A stretch of 64,000 nucleotides of DNA from contig NC_045696.1 in the NCBI RefSeq assembly GCF_009834535.1, forward strand, positions 84,508,001 to 84,572,000, written 5' to 3'. Shown one piece after another: positions 24,256 to 36,840 of the stretch. The stretch is from Camelus ferus (taxonomy: Eukaryota). The translations under genes were made by a program, and so were the position numbers. Position 1 is the stretch's first letter, and every line of letters starts with the position of its first letter. Below the pieces are notes generated by a model. The model was not told where the DNA came from. It saw only the letters and a program-made list of their open reading frames with translations, and ran no database searches.

Positions 24256-26898
24256 GCAGTTTCTCTAATTTGTGGAGGCAAAAAAAAAAAAAAACCAACC
24301 AAGTAATAATTAAACTCTTGACAACAATAGTCACAGCTGAGATAATATCCTTATATTCAGATCTGTGCAATCCCATTAGAATTCTTTAAAGGAGCGAAAA
24401 TATCACTGTTTCCCTCATCTCTGTAAATTAAAAACCACCGCACCATAACTGTAGCATGACCCATAATGGAATTTCTGGTCAAATATCATCAGCATTGGTT
24501 CTCATATTTCTCTAGGAGCTTAATCAAGATGAAGAGCAATAGGGCATGGTTATTTAAATTTTAAAAAATCACTCTCATAACATTTCACTTAAAATCAAGC
24601 CAGGGATTTGTAGGGATGCCTCAACTGATTATATATCCAGTTTCAAAAGCCATTTGCTGAGTCTCTGATTATGAAGCAATATTATGCCTTCCCATAAAAT
24701 TAAAACAAATGACCATCATTCCTTTTTCACAGGCAAAGAGATGGAACCTGCTGTAGTTGATTCATTTGGCTTGTGGGAGCACACGGTTTACCAGCCATAG
24801 GAGAAAACTTGATTCCAGCTATTTAGAAACCAAGACCAAACAGTTCTGTGAATTTGCATTCATAGCATGAGCTGAGTTGGTATCTAGCTTATCTCAAGAT
24901 CAACTTTAAGGCAGAAGATACTGTGTCTACAGGGTTATTCCACTTCTCAATTGGAAAGTTGAAACCCATTGTGGCACTTACAAAACAAGGTGTTGTGTGT
25001 TAATCACACAACAAAATAGGAGCAAAATACAACGGACTAATTCTCTTTGACAAGACACTACCAAATTAAGAAACTTTTTTCACAAAAAAATGGAGCACAG
25101 GACAGGTAAATGATGTTAAATCAAAGCTGAGATGACTAGAGACATCCCAGTGCCAGGTTTGAGAGATGAAGCAACTGTCACATGCAGGGAGGACTCAGGA
25201 AGGAGGGACAAATTTTAAGAATTATGTTCCTGATTCCCAGATGTAGCTGGTGTGGAATCTGTGTTGTCCAAATCATAACTGAGGCTTTGCACTCAAATGA
25301 ACTGAGTTCTTCTTCTGCAGTCCTTTGTTATTCAGGCTGTTTCTTCCTGGGGAGGGGGAGGGATTCCTCCAGGAAGAAAGGCTTCTGTGCATTAGTAACA
25401 TGTAATTAAAAAATCAAAAGTCCAGTTGACAAGTGGGAATATTTTCTTGAATGCTGGTCACTGGGTGGAGTAAATGTACAGGAATGTATTAAGGAAAGAA
25501 AGTAAGTGTGAAGATCCAGAAATGCTTATTAACAAAATCTCCGTTTGGAACTTGTGAGTTTGTCAATCTATAATTACACTGTCTTTATCTATACATACAT
25601 ATGTAATTATGCATTTATAGATAATTACATAACCTCATTGAGCTTAACTGACCTTAAGACGTCATTTTCTGAGCACTTTTACTCTCAAACAGAATGGCTA
25701 CTGAGTTATCTTCATATACCCAGAATCTACACTATTACTTAATAGCTATGCATTTGTTTCAAAAGATGTAAATACTGCACTCTGAAGACCTGAAAAATTT
25801 AAATCAGCATTTGAAGTGACCTAACATTTATCAATGGATTACTTGAACAGGTTGATATTTGAGAGACTAGGAAAAAGACACACTGCCTTTTTATTTTCCT
25901 AGATTCAAATTTTATCATCATATCAAGTAAGATCATCACAAAGCAAAGTAAATGAACTGTGTTATCTCTGCCCCCTACAGATATAGGCCTTTGGTGAATT
26001 ATGATTTAATGTTATACCCTTAGCTTGGATAACTCGGCCAAAGCTGCCTGAGCTTGATTAAATTGTGCTCCCCCACAGGAATTAAAACAGCAGGTGGGGC
26101 ATAAGACTTGCTCTCCTGAAGGAAAAGTGCTGAGGATGGGCACTTGGTAAATTTTTTTTTTCTTGCATACTCAGGGTGTGAAAGAATTCTGATCTGGATT
26201 CTATAAATATTGCAAATGTCAGCTTTGTATGTTTGTGTGTGTTTGAAAACATGTAGTTGAAAATATTGTCTCTTACTTTACCCTGTGATATTTAGTTATT
26301 CATGTTGATGCTAGTGGCAATAGTAATGAAATGATGTGTTACTGTTAGAATGACTTATTGGTGTTTACCTGTTTATTTTTAAAGTGGGGCTGATAATCAC
26401 AATAATAATGATGATTCTTATGGCTTTGTGATATAAAATCAATTTTATACTGTCAGTGTCTAAATAAGAAAAAAAAATCACCCGTGACTTGCACTCATTT
26501 CTGAAGAACAGAGAGAAGGAATAAATGTCAATGTTTTCAGAGATCAGCATAAATATACTGGAGGAGAAATTTCAGCTGAACTACTTGCCCACAAACATTA
26601 AAAAAGAAAAAAGAAGAAGGAGAAGGAAAGAAAGGAGGATGTAAAGAAAGAAAAAGAAAAGAGGAATAGACATAGCTCTCATAATAGTGAGAAACAAGTT
26701 GACTAATCACCATAAAGTCAAAGCCAAAATGTTGGTAACCTGATAGCTTCTGATGATACGAGGTTGGACTGTATCAACATAGAGATACAGAGCTTAGCAA
26801 AGCTAGAGGTGCTGTTATTGTTCACAGGACTTGCTGAATTTTGTGTAAAAGACGTGGCAATGGCATTTCTTTGAGGCTCTCTGTTAATCATTTACAGA

Positions 26899-27106
26899 CA
26901 GTGTGTCTCAAACTTTGACACTCATAAGAATCATCTGGAGAAGCATTTTTAGAAGTACATACACTCCTTCACTCTTCCTCTCCACCCAAGAAATAGAAAA
27001 ACAGATGTAGTGCCTCCAGAGAAGAATGCCGGTACCTGCACTTTAAATCCCACACTCAGAGCATCCTATGGTGGACGGCTCAGGGACTATGGTTTGAGGA
27101 AGTGCT
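26899..27106. mobile_element. MER5-family hAT-Charlie MITE
   Basis: cagtgtgtctcaaactttg...agaatcatctggagaagc...ggactatggtttgaggaagtgct with degenerate terminal inverted repeats. Confidence 0.65.
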
Positions 27107-27227
27107 AACTTGCCTTTTATGTTAGTCAGGAAAATAGATGTATTCTTAAATTTCAAATGACGCTAAAAGAGAACAAATGCCACATTTCGGTTAAGAGATT
27201 AGAAATACCTTTTAAAATGGCTTCTGA

Positions 27228-27465
27228 GGCAGCACAATGCCGTGTCTCAGGATGCAGGGATTAGAACTAAAGGGACCTACACGTGGGCCTTGTTTCTGGG
27301 ATATTCTGGCTGCATGATCCTGAGTGCGTTACTTATACTCCTTGAACCCTATTTTTCATTCCACCAAATGAGGAAGCTCATACTTAATATACAACATAGC
27401 TGTGAGAATTAAAGGAGAAAAGAAATGGAAAACACTAAACACAGTCTTTGGCACATTGCTGTTAT
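27228..27465 (+). mobile_element. MIR SINE
   Basis: gaggcagcacaatg head...gttacttatactccttgaaccctatttttcattccaccaaatgagg...gtgagaattaaaggag. Confidence 0.7.
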
Positions 27466-29211
27466 TCTTCTCTGCTGTATATTTACCCTAATTACTGTAC
27501 TTGGCTTTATCTGTAAATTGTAAATCACTTCAAATATTTTAAGTAGGTTATAAATTACTAGAACTATGTAAAAGAGTTACGCAAATTTTTTCTTGATAAT
27601 TATACAATAAGAACACAGGCAGATTCAATCCTAAAGATTAACAAAATTTGTGATGCAGTTGAAATTCAAAGTATAAGATAAGTATAAAGCAGAAAATGCT
27701 CTATAGTATCTAATATAAAATCACAAAATCATATACCATAAAATCACTAAAATTACAATACCTATAAAATAATTTTACTTTGAAAATAATCCTGGCAGCA
27801 TAAGGAATTTGAAACTGTTGCATTTTCCTTGAAGAAATCAAAATGGAAAGCTAAACATGATCTTAAAGGAACTAGGCCATTAACAGGAGAAATAAAATTA
27901 TAGTGCCTGGACAGAGACAAGCACGGCCATGAACTTGTATCATATTTGTAAGAATTATACAACAATGCCAGTGTAATGACCGCTTTGAAAAGCAGCAAAA
28001 GGAACACACAAAGATGTTGTTATGTTTGGACATCATTAATACTTCAACTCACATTGATAGGACTCCACCAAGAAATTCATGTATATTGAAATAGATTCCA
28101 AACATTTCGCCACACAAGCTGATTGCTTTAAGGTAACAGTAAGTTTTGTTAATTCGGCATTAAGTGTGACATTTCATAAAAATCCTGATCTTTTTCACTC
28201 TTTGTTAGATTAATGTACCCATGGGCATTAGAACAGTAGCATAAACTAAGTAGCACAAAATGGAAGATTTGATTGGCGGAAGATACTAGAATTCTGTTAT
28301 TCCTTTTAGCACAAATTTGCTATTAGTTTACCTTTAACATCCAAGCAAAGTTTGGCTTCAATCTTTCACATCTTTGCCAAGGATTTTATGAAGAAGAGGG
28401 GGATTGTCTCCCTCTCATCTGACCAACTTGAAGACACTACAAGGGTCCCCTTCTCCACTAAGGGCCATCACTAGTCCATACGGTACGCCTTGTGAGGATT
28501 AGAAACAGATGACCTTCTTCCAAACGGACAGTGCTTCATATGCCAACACTGAGGTTAACATGTGAGGTGCAGGCTGGAATTCATTCTCATATTCTTTCTT
28601 TGGTGGGGTACCCTTGCAGAGACAACAGTCGGGACTTGCCCAGCCTGGAATCCCCTGTGGAGAGTGTTATTGATCTGGTTCTCCTGCTACAGCGTGACCT
28701 GAATGGGTCTGGGTGCTGGCATTTCCTCAGGGTTTAGGGTCACCCAGGTGCACGCTGGGCAGGACAAGGTCACTGTTGGACCTGACTTCTCACAAGCTCC
28801 CGATTGCACAGCTGTCAGTGCCTACAGCTGCCTTGGCTGTGCATCTGGCCCTTTTCTGTGCTGGGAGAACAAAACAATGGGTACCTGTTTTTCAAGGGTA
28901 TTTTTCAAGGATAAACATGTCTGAAGCTCATTAATATGGGCAGCTTTTAGGGAGGCAAAAGAACATAGGTTTATGACTAGAAATTTTAAGTTCAGTTTTC
29001 TCCCTGTGATAACTTTAACTACTTTGAAGTCATTTAACTTTTTGTGTTTAGTGTTATTTAGTGTTAATTTGATGGTTAATGCTGACAACTGGCACAAACA
29101 TACTAGATTCTGAAGTATCTCAATGAATTCTTGACAAATATTTCAACATCACAGTTGAACTACATGAAAGTTTGCCATATGTGCAAGTCAAGGACCGAAG
29201 GGAGTGGCTCG

Positions 29212-29800
29212 TGCAGCAAAGAGTGACTCCGTTAAGTTTGGGATATTCAAACCCCGTATATTTCAGAGAAGGGACTGGCCCTGGTCAGCTCCTGGGAGAT
29301 AATCTCTAAACCTTTGGAATATCTTGCTTGATAAAAGTGTATTAGAAATCCTGGGGTCCTTGGGCCAATTCAGATAGTTTATGATAACAGTATGATTTAT
29401 GAGGGGGTCTTGGGCCATGTGGTGTGTTTGGCTCTGGAGAAGCTGGAGGTATAGTTAAAAAGTGAGTGTTCTATGCCTACATGGCCACCCCAAAATAAAA
29501 ATGCCAGAGATCAAGGCCCAGGTGAGCTTCCCTGGCTGGTAATACTCTGTGGGTTTTGTTACGCATCGTTGCTGGAAGAGTTAAGATCTGTCCACGCAGT
29601 CCACAAGGAGAGGACAACTGGAAACTTGTTCCTGCCCTCTCCGGGACTCTGCCCCATGCATCTCCTACCTTTGCTGATTTTAATCTATATGCTTTTTCTG
29701 TGATAAACCTTAACCACGAGTGTAATAGCTTTCCTGAGTTTTGTGAGTTGCTCTAGTGACTCACTGAACCTGAGGCTGGTCTTAGGGACTCTAAATTTAG
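29212..29800 (+). mobile_element. Solo ERVL-class LTR (MER77/MER21 family)
   Basis: ctcctgggagataatctctaaacctttggaatatc, ggtgagcttccctggctggtaatact, gagaggacaactggaa, ctgaacctgaggctggtcttagggact. Confidence 0.85.
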
Positions 29801-29974
29801 TAATAAGGAATTTTCCATCTAACTTGCATTTGAATAAACACAAATTTAAACAAACGGCATTCCATGTTTACCTGGCAACAAATAGAAAGAATGAGTGTAG
29901 TCAGTATTGTCGAGTATGTATATGAACAAATATACAGTCTGGTAATTCTGGCTAGGAATGTAGATATAATTTTC

Positions 29975-30525
29975 CTTTTTAAAATATATTTTATTTATTT
30001 AGTTTTCCTATTTCAAGAATTTTTTTTTCAGAGCAGTTTTAGGTTCACAGAAGAATTGAGTGGAAGGTACATAGTTCCTATATACCCCCTGCACCTCCAT
30101 ATGCATAACTTCTCCCATTATCAACATCACCCACCAGCGTGAGTCATTTGGTACAACTGATGAAGCTATATTGACACATCATAATTACCCATAATTGATA
30201 GTGTTTACTATGATTCGCTTTTGGTGTTGGACATTCTATGGTTTGGAACTAATGTGTAATGACATATATCCATCACTATAGTTGCACACAAGGTATTTTC
30301 ACTGCCTTAAAAATCCTCTGTATGCCACCTAATTACCCTTCCCCTCTCCCAACCCCTGGCGACCACTGATCTTTTTATCATCTCCATAGTTTTGCCTTTG
30401 TATGCCATATATGTCATATAGCTGGAATCACATACTAGCTGTTTCAGATTGGCTTTTTTCACTTAGTATGCATTAAGATTCCTTCATATCTTTTCATGGC
30501 CTGATAGCTTTTTTTTTTTCTTTTT
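29975..30525 (-). mobile_element. L1MC1/2-like 3' end
   Basis: gagcagttttaggttcacag...ttcactgccttaaaaatcctctgt...aacccctggcgaccactgatcttttta. Confidence 0.9.
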
Positions 30526-30539
30526 CCTCCAGTACTGAG

Positions 30540-31068
30540 ATTGGATTAGGGGATCTTACATAAACCTAGCTTTAATTTTCTGGGATTCCTAATTCTCACT
30601 ACTGGAAGAATGCATGACTTTTGCACTGGAACCAAGTATATGTACAAGTAGCTGATTAAGGCTAGACTCCACATTCAAGAAGAGACCATCATTCTCCTCT
30701 CCAGAGTCGGTCCTTGAGACAGAAGCAGAGTAGTGCAGTCTTTCTGGAGGCTGAAGCTGGAAAAGCTGTTTGTATAAGCTGTAAAACTAGATGCTCTCTG
30801 CCCTCAACTCTCCTGCCATGTGAACCACATGAGGGGTCTTCAGAGAAAGAATAATAAAGCAAACTGACTAGAGAATAGCAGAGGTGGGAGACAGCAAAAT
30901 AGTCTTGTCATTGAATTCCTCGTTTGAGTTCTTCCCAAGGCCTAGTTACACTGTGGTCCTGGTGGTTTGTGAGACACCCCCTTGCCTTTATAGTTCATCT
31001 CATTTTTTGCTTAAGTTACTTCTATTCTGAGTTTGCCACATGCAATTAAAAGAACCTTCTCTAATGCA
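30540..31068 (+). mobile_element. MaLR LTR (MLT1K/L-like)
   Basis: cctgccatgtg...ttttttgcttaagttac...tgccacatgcaattaaaagaaccttctctaatgca terminus. Confidence 0.6.
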
Positions 31069-32169
31069 TATCTTTTCTTTCCTTCCCATTTCTACTTCTC
31101 TGTCTGGGCTCTGGGCAACTTCATATTGATGCAAGTCACTTGTCTAAGAAAACAGAATAATATGTTATGTCAAAATGCTGGTGACAATGTGGCACACATT
31201 TTAGAAGCATCTGTCATTTGTAAATAAGATAATTTTTATTTTATCAAAAGAATGCATTTCTAATTGTGTAATTTTAGGTACGGTGATACAAGGGACAGGA
31301 CCTTACACTAGTGAGGAGAGAAGTCTCTCACTGAAACTGTGTAAATGTCTGATTCTGTGACCATGTACAAGTATAAATTTGAAAGATTGGTCAAGTGGGA
31401 CAACTGTAGATTGCTCATTCTCCATAAGAATTATTGGATTTAGTCTCTCTTACCATTGCTTTAGTAATTTTGCTTTGTCTGCAGGCAAAAACACAGGCAC
31501 TCTGGATTTGGACGCTTCCTGTATTGGGAAGCACAATGATTGAAATCTTACTAGCATTAAGAAGATGATAGCTTTATTTCTTTAAATTAAGATCATTAAA
31601 ATAAAATTATATTGCTAGCCTTTATATTCCATTTAAGAGTTTCTATAATTAAAATAATGTTCTCATTTAAAACATAAACTCATAATTCACAAGCAGACAT
31701 TATTGCCTATCCAAACAATGCAAAATGTAAATACATTTCCACTAGAATGCCCACACAATAAAAAGAAATTGCTTTTATTATTTTTTATGCTGATAAATAG
31801 TTAATAGCACAATTTAATTAGGTAATTTAAAGTTGTTAACAGACACAGACACTCTAGATCAAATAGAAGAGTATTTTACCTTATAAGTTATTTCAGGTCT
31901 GTTGAATGTAATTTTAGGTGTGATTATTTCATAAAATTGATATCTCTAAATGTATGTAGTTGCACACATTACAAAATACATCTGGGTAATGGAACTTATC
32001 TAATGGATGCATCTGGGGATATGTCTATGTCTATACCTATAAACTATATCTAGATCTCACGCATGTATTATATATATGAAATGACTACACATGTGTATTA
32101 TGTATTTTATATATACATATTACATATAAAATGATGTGCATAGGCATTATTACTACATATACATACAAT

Positions 32170-32351
32170 CATACTTGGGCTCGTGGCCAGAGAGACTAGA
32201 TTTGCCACAAATTAAAGCTTTCCTGAGCCTCAATTTCCTCATTTCTATATTGGGTTAATAGCAATGTCCTCAAACCATTAGTGGTAAAGGTTAAACTGAA
32301 CCAGGAATGCAGATTTTCTGAGGCTGTTGTATTACTCAATAAACATTATTT
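32170..32351 (+). mobile_element. MIR SINE
   Basis: ttcctgagcctcaatttcctcatttctatattgggttaatagcaat. Confidence 0.75.
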
Positions 32352-32368
32352 CTCAATAAACATTATTT
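32335..32368. repeat. Perfect 17-bp tandem duplication
   Basis: ctcaataaacattattt x2 at the MIR tail. Confidence 0.95.
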
Positions 32369-32566
32369 CTCTTCATTATAGACTGTTAATTTTGGTGCTG
32401 CAAAGCCACTTTTTAATGTTTTCCTTTTATTTTTCACACTGTAATTTTGCTCAGACTATCTAAAATAGAGAATCGAAGCTACAGCTTTAGCAATCGAGGT
32501 TAAGATGTGTGATTTATGTCACGACTCACGGATGTAGTATATGCAGTCTATTTCATGTAATCTCAG

Positions 32567-32670
32567 AACTGCTGAGCCAAGTGTTCCAAATGAAAACCTT
32601 TACTAGAGCTCTCGATAAACGACAAGCAGATGAAACCACCAGAAACCAAGTCATGAAAGTGTTACTGTTG
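32567..32670 (+). other. Candidate 104-nt spliced exon (unassigned)
   Basis: atttcatgtaatctcag| acceptor, TTG|gtgagt donor, one open frame (xLLSQVFQMKTFTRALDKRQADETTRNQVMKVLLL), local CpG excess. Confidence 0.3.
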
Positions 32671-33815
32671 GTGAGTATGTTGGGTTATCTAGTTTCCTTG
32701 GTTCTTAGGAGTCAGTGGAGCCTAGAAAAATTTTTCTCGCCTTGTTCAACTGGTCTTTTGGGAACTAAAACTGGATTCCACCTTCTAGCCTGACTTGATC
32801 CCAGGAAAGATCTGTTATCAACCATTTTACATATTATATGAATTTAGTTGCATAGGAACATTTATTTTATCCATACCCAGGGGATTTGCACATGGACTTT
32901 TCTTGCTAACTGTACAATAAAATAGCATCTTTTTCACTGAGTAAGTAGCAAGCCTCTGTAAGCTGTTTATGAAGTACTTGCGCAGATGATGTTTTTTCCC
33001 CAGTGCTTATCGAGTCAACCCATGTAGGTCAGCACTGTGCAAATTCACACTGCTAATACTTAAAACCACATTTTTTTATAATACTTTTTTCTAAAAGGGT
33101 GATTTCAAGAAAACAATTTACTACTTCGTCAGGTATGTTAAAAGATTATCTCCAAAGAATATAGAAATCTTTTCTTCCATCTCAAGTTCGTCTGTATATA
33201 ACCCTGGACTTGATACATATCTTGCCCTTCAGCCTCACTGACATTCTATGATTACAATGGAGTTTCCTCGAAACAGTCATTTGATTATACATATGTAAAC
33301 ATAAATACCTAGATCAAAATACAATCACTAATGGCTTACAGTTAACTAATGGCAACAATAGGTCCCTGACTTTCAGAACTTTGATCATCTGGAACATACT
33401 TACAAAGTCAGAAGCAAGTGTGCCTAGCTCCTGGTAGTATGAAGAGCTGGAGCATCTTACTCTGGACAAAGTTTTGAAATACCCTTAGGGACTCAAGTAG
33501 TGTTTGAAAATTAACACTTGAGTAGAGAAGAATTACTAATTAATGAAGCCTATTTGAAATTTGGAACATAAGGCAATACTTCTACCCATAGACATGCTGA
33601 CATAAAAAGCAGAGGCAGAAGAGCTATATAAAGAAGCTGGGAAAACTCTAAATGCTTAGGCATTTGATGTCTTTTAATTTAGAGAATAATTTAATTTTTA
33701 ATTAGAAATCAGTTTTCATTGTAAAACGAATGTCTCCAGGCCTCACAATCCTGACACTATAAATAATTCGAAAGCATCTAGATCTGGATTTTACTAGTTT
33801 GATATCCACTCCCCT

Positions 33816-33860
33816 ACACACACACACACACACAGACACACACACACACACACACACACA
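33816..33860. repeat. (CA)n microsatellite
   Basis: Direct reading; one GA interruption. Confidence 0.98.
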
Positions 33861-33905
33861 AGTACTCCTCTGACCAGCTTTCACGATTTCTTTCATTTAG
33901 AACAT

Positions 33906-33966
33906 TTCCGGGAACTCCACAGTGAGGTGACTCACCCAGCTTGAAGTTTCTCTCAGGCCCCGCCCA
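33906..33966. promoter_or_regulatory. STAT + AP-1 + SP/KLF motif cluster
   Basis: TTCCGGGAA 33906-33914, TGACTCA 33928-33934, GGCCCCGCCCA 33956-33966. Confidence 0.45.
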
Positions 33967-35024
33967 CTTAACTGCTCTGGTCTCCTCCCTGTCCCCATCT
34001 GCTGCTCCTCTTTGGTTCTAGTAGCACCGTAATGGGCCACTTAGAGTGCTCATCCCAGTATGTTTCTCATCTGATTGCCCCTCTTCCATAGAACACAGGC
34101 CCACACCTCATTTCAGCCACTGCTCTGCCACCCCGTGCACTCTGCTTACTGCCACACCATGGACCACTGAGTCCTTCATTCCCACTGCGCTCACTCTTCC
34201 CCAGAACACTGCTGCTCATCTTTCTTCTCAAAAGTGAGTAAAGAAATAAAATGCCCCTTTCTGTGGTCTCCTTTAGGAACCCCTAGCCACGTCATTTGGG
34301 TTCTGGGTTTTGTCAGGGACCTCTCATTTAGGTTGTGCACACAGTTTTCCACCCCAGAGTTCACAGGAAACCACACCCTGTAACTGGAACCTTGTCTACC
34401 CTACTCCAGCCCTCAGTCCTACTGCTTCGTCTGACTCATCGTGTCCAACTGACTCCCAGTTTTATAATGGTTTCTCTCTTGAGCATAGAAAGTAAAAACA
34501 ACCCATTTCTCTTTGCAATTTGATTTCTTTTTTTGTCCTTATCATCACTGTCCAGCTGAAGCTTACTAAGCATTCTGAGTATTCCTGAGATCTATGTATT
34601 ATAAATTATGAAGTATAATCTACTCAGATAAATTCTAACCCCATAAAATCAGGTATTTGTTAAGTTTGGTGTCTAAGGTGAGGGAGGAAGTACATGTGAA
34701 TAGTATGTAAACTAATATTAGTACATAAGCTAATATTTCATATATTCAAATCTCAGTTCTGGGCTTAACGGGGGACCTAATTTATCATCTTATTAATTAT
34801 TTACCTTAGAATATTAGATCCACAGAAAATGTAAAGGTTACTGTAAGGGAATAACACTGTTGGGTTTAATAATTAAAAAGTTGTCTGTTCTGTAGAAATT
34901 CTCAGGGACTTTAAGGTGCCAAAGTGCATTTCGATTCTCTAAGAGGTGATTGTAATGTGCTATATTTTTCAGACTTCAAACATTTGAACTGGGTTTTGTT
35001 TGTTTGTTTTGTATTTATTGCATT

Positions 35025-35600
35025 GATTTTTTTTACTAAACTTTTAAAACTGTTTTAGATTTAAAAAGTTATTGCAGAAATAATTCAAAGAGTTCCTCTA
35101 TACCCTGTTCCCAAATTCTCCTTTGTTTAATATCTTACATTATTGCACTATATTTATTATAATTAATGAACAGATAATGATACATTATTATTAACTAAAG
35201 TTCATACCTTACTCAGATTTTTTTTCAGTTTCCCCTAATACTACTTTGCCCTTCTAGGAAGGATCTCATCGATGATATCACGTTACATTTGATTATCATG
35301 TCTAGTTAGGCTTCTCTTGGTTGTGACAGTCTCTAAGACTTCCTTATCTTTCATAATCTTGGTAATTTTGAGGATTACTGGTTGGATATTTTGTAGAATG
35401 TGTCTAAGCTGGGATTTGTTTGATATTTTTCTTATGATCAGAATGAGGTTACGTATTTTGGGGAGAAAAAACCACAGAAATAAAGTGCCATTCTTACCAC
35501 ATAACAAGGGTACCTACTGTCACCATGAATGATCACTGCTCATGATAACCCTGATGGCCTGCCTGATGTCATGTTTATGAAGTTTCTTCCTTATAAGGGA
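35025..35600 (-). mobile_element. L1MC3/L1MD-like 3' end
   Basis: gatacattattattaactaaagttcata...ttttgaggattactggttggatattttgtagaatg...accacagaaataaagtgccattct. Confidence 0.85.
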
Positions 35601-36534
35601 AGCAAAGGGAAGTGACTGAAACAAGCCTAGAAAGTTTTATGCTATCTGGTTTGGTTTTCATTCTATAAAAGTAAAAAATGAGACAAGTCCCCTGCTGGGA
35701 AATGTAATACCTGTGTTATTTCTCAAATACTTGTGAAATGCTACAGCACCATCTTTTACCAACAGTCATTAATGACTCTAATAAATAGGAGGCCTTGGTT
35801 CAAACAAACACATTATTCCAAATGACAGAAGTGTTAAGTATGACTAATTAATAAATTTGCTAATATTTGTTCCCTATTTATGAGAACATCGCCCTGAGTT
35901 AGAACTAATTACTTGTACATATACTGTGGAAAATATACCCATATCTCTAAAGCCAGGTATTTCATGTCATAGTTAATATAATGACAGCTTTTCTGTTTAT
36001 TTTAAAGCTCTAATACACAAATACTAGTTCAAAATAATGGAACAAATCACAACATATTAATTTAAAAATTACATTGCAAGGAGGGCTTTTTCTTCCCAAA
36101 TTTTAAATCAGGATTCAAAGAATTCTTCTGATTTATGTATCTGCTATAACCCTTTGGAGAGTTAAACACAATGTGAGAAATAGATGACTCGGCACTCACA
36201 ACCTTTGTACAAACCCCAAGCCCAGGCCCAGTCATTCTGTTATCATGGTAGCCCTAAAGAATAGTGAACTTTTTATTCTGTAACACTTCAGGTTTTGAAT
36301 GAGTTTGTAATGGAAACCTAGAACATGCAAATTATCTCAGATCACCATTTTATATTGTTGTTGGAAAATAGGACTGAAATGAACAAAATCAGTAACAAAA
36401 AACAGTGTTATCAGAGAGATAGTGAAGAGGTAAATCCTACTGAGGTTCAGTATGATGATATATATAAAACTTATTCAATTCTTTTCTTATCTTCTTTTTC
36501 TATTTTCTTTTTCTTAGAAGACAGCCACCTCTAC

Positions 36535-36569
<35 letters not shown>

Positions 36570-36591
36570 CCATCATCATCATCACCATCAC
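36535..36591. repeat. (CAT)n microsatellite at MIR tail
   Basis: Direct reading; CAC interruptions. Confidence 0.98.
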
Positions 36592-36840
36592 AGCTCCCTA
36601 TTCTGGGTGCCAACTGTGTACCAACTATTGTGTCAAGTACACTCGCCTTATTATCTGTGAAATTTCTCCCAACAACCTACTAAGAAGATGGTATTATTAA
36701 CATGTACAAATGAGAAAACTTTGGCTTAGTGAGTAGAACCTAAGTAAATGGCCTGAATTTACACAGCTGATAAGAGAAGGAGTCAGAATTTTTACCTGGA
36801 TGTTGACAGCATAGCATCTGCTCTATCATGCTGCCAACCA
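36590..36840 (-). mobile_element. MIR SINE
   Basis: gggtgccaactgtgtacca...catgtacaaatgagaaaactttggcttag...aagtaaatggcctgaatttacacagct. Confidence 0.8.

Noticed and set aside
36325..36660. 111-aa ORF with a poly-His tract
   Set aside because: The His run is a (CAT)n microsatellite at a MIR tail; the rest of the frame is not protein-like
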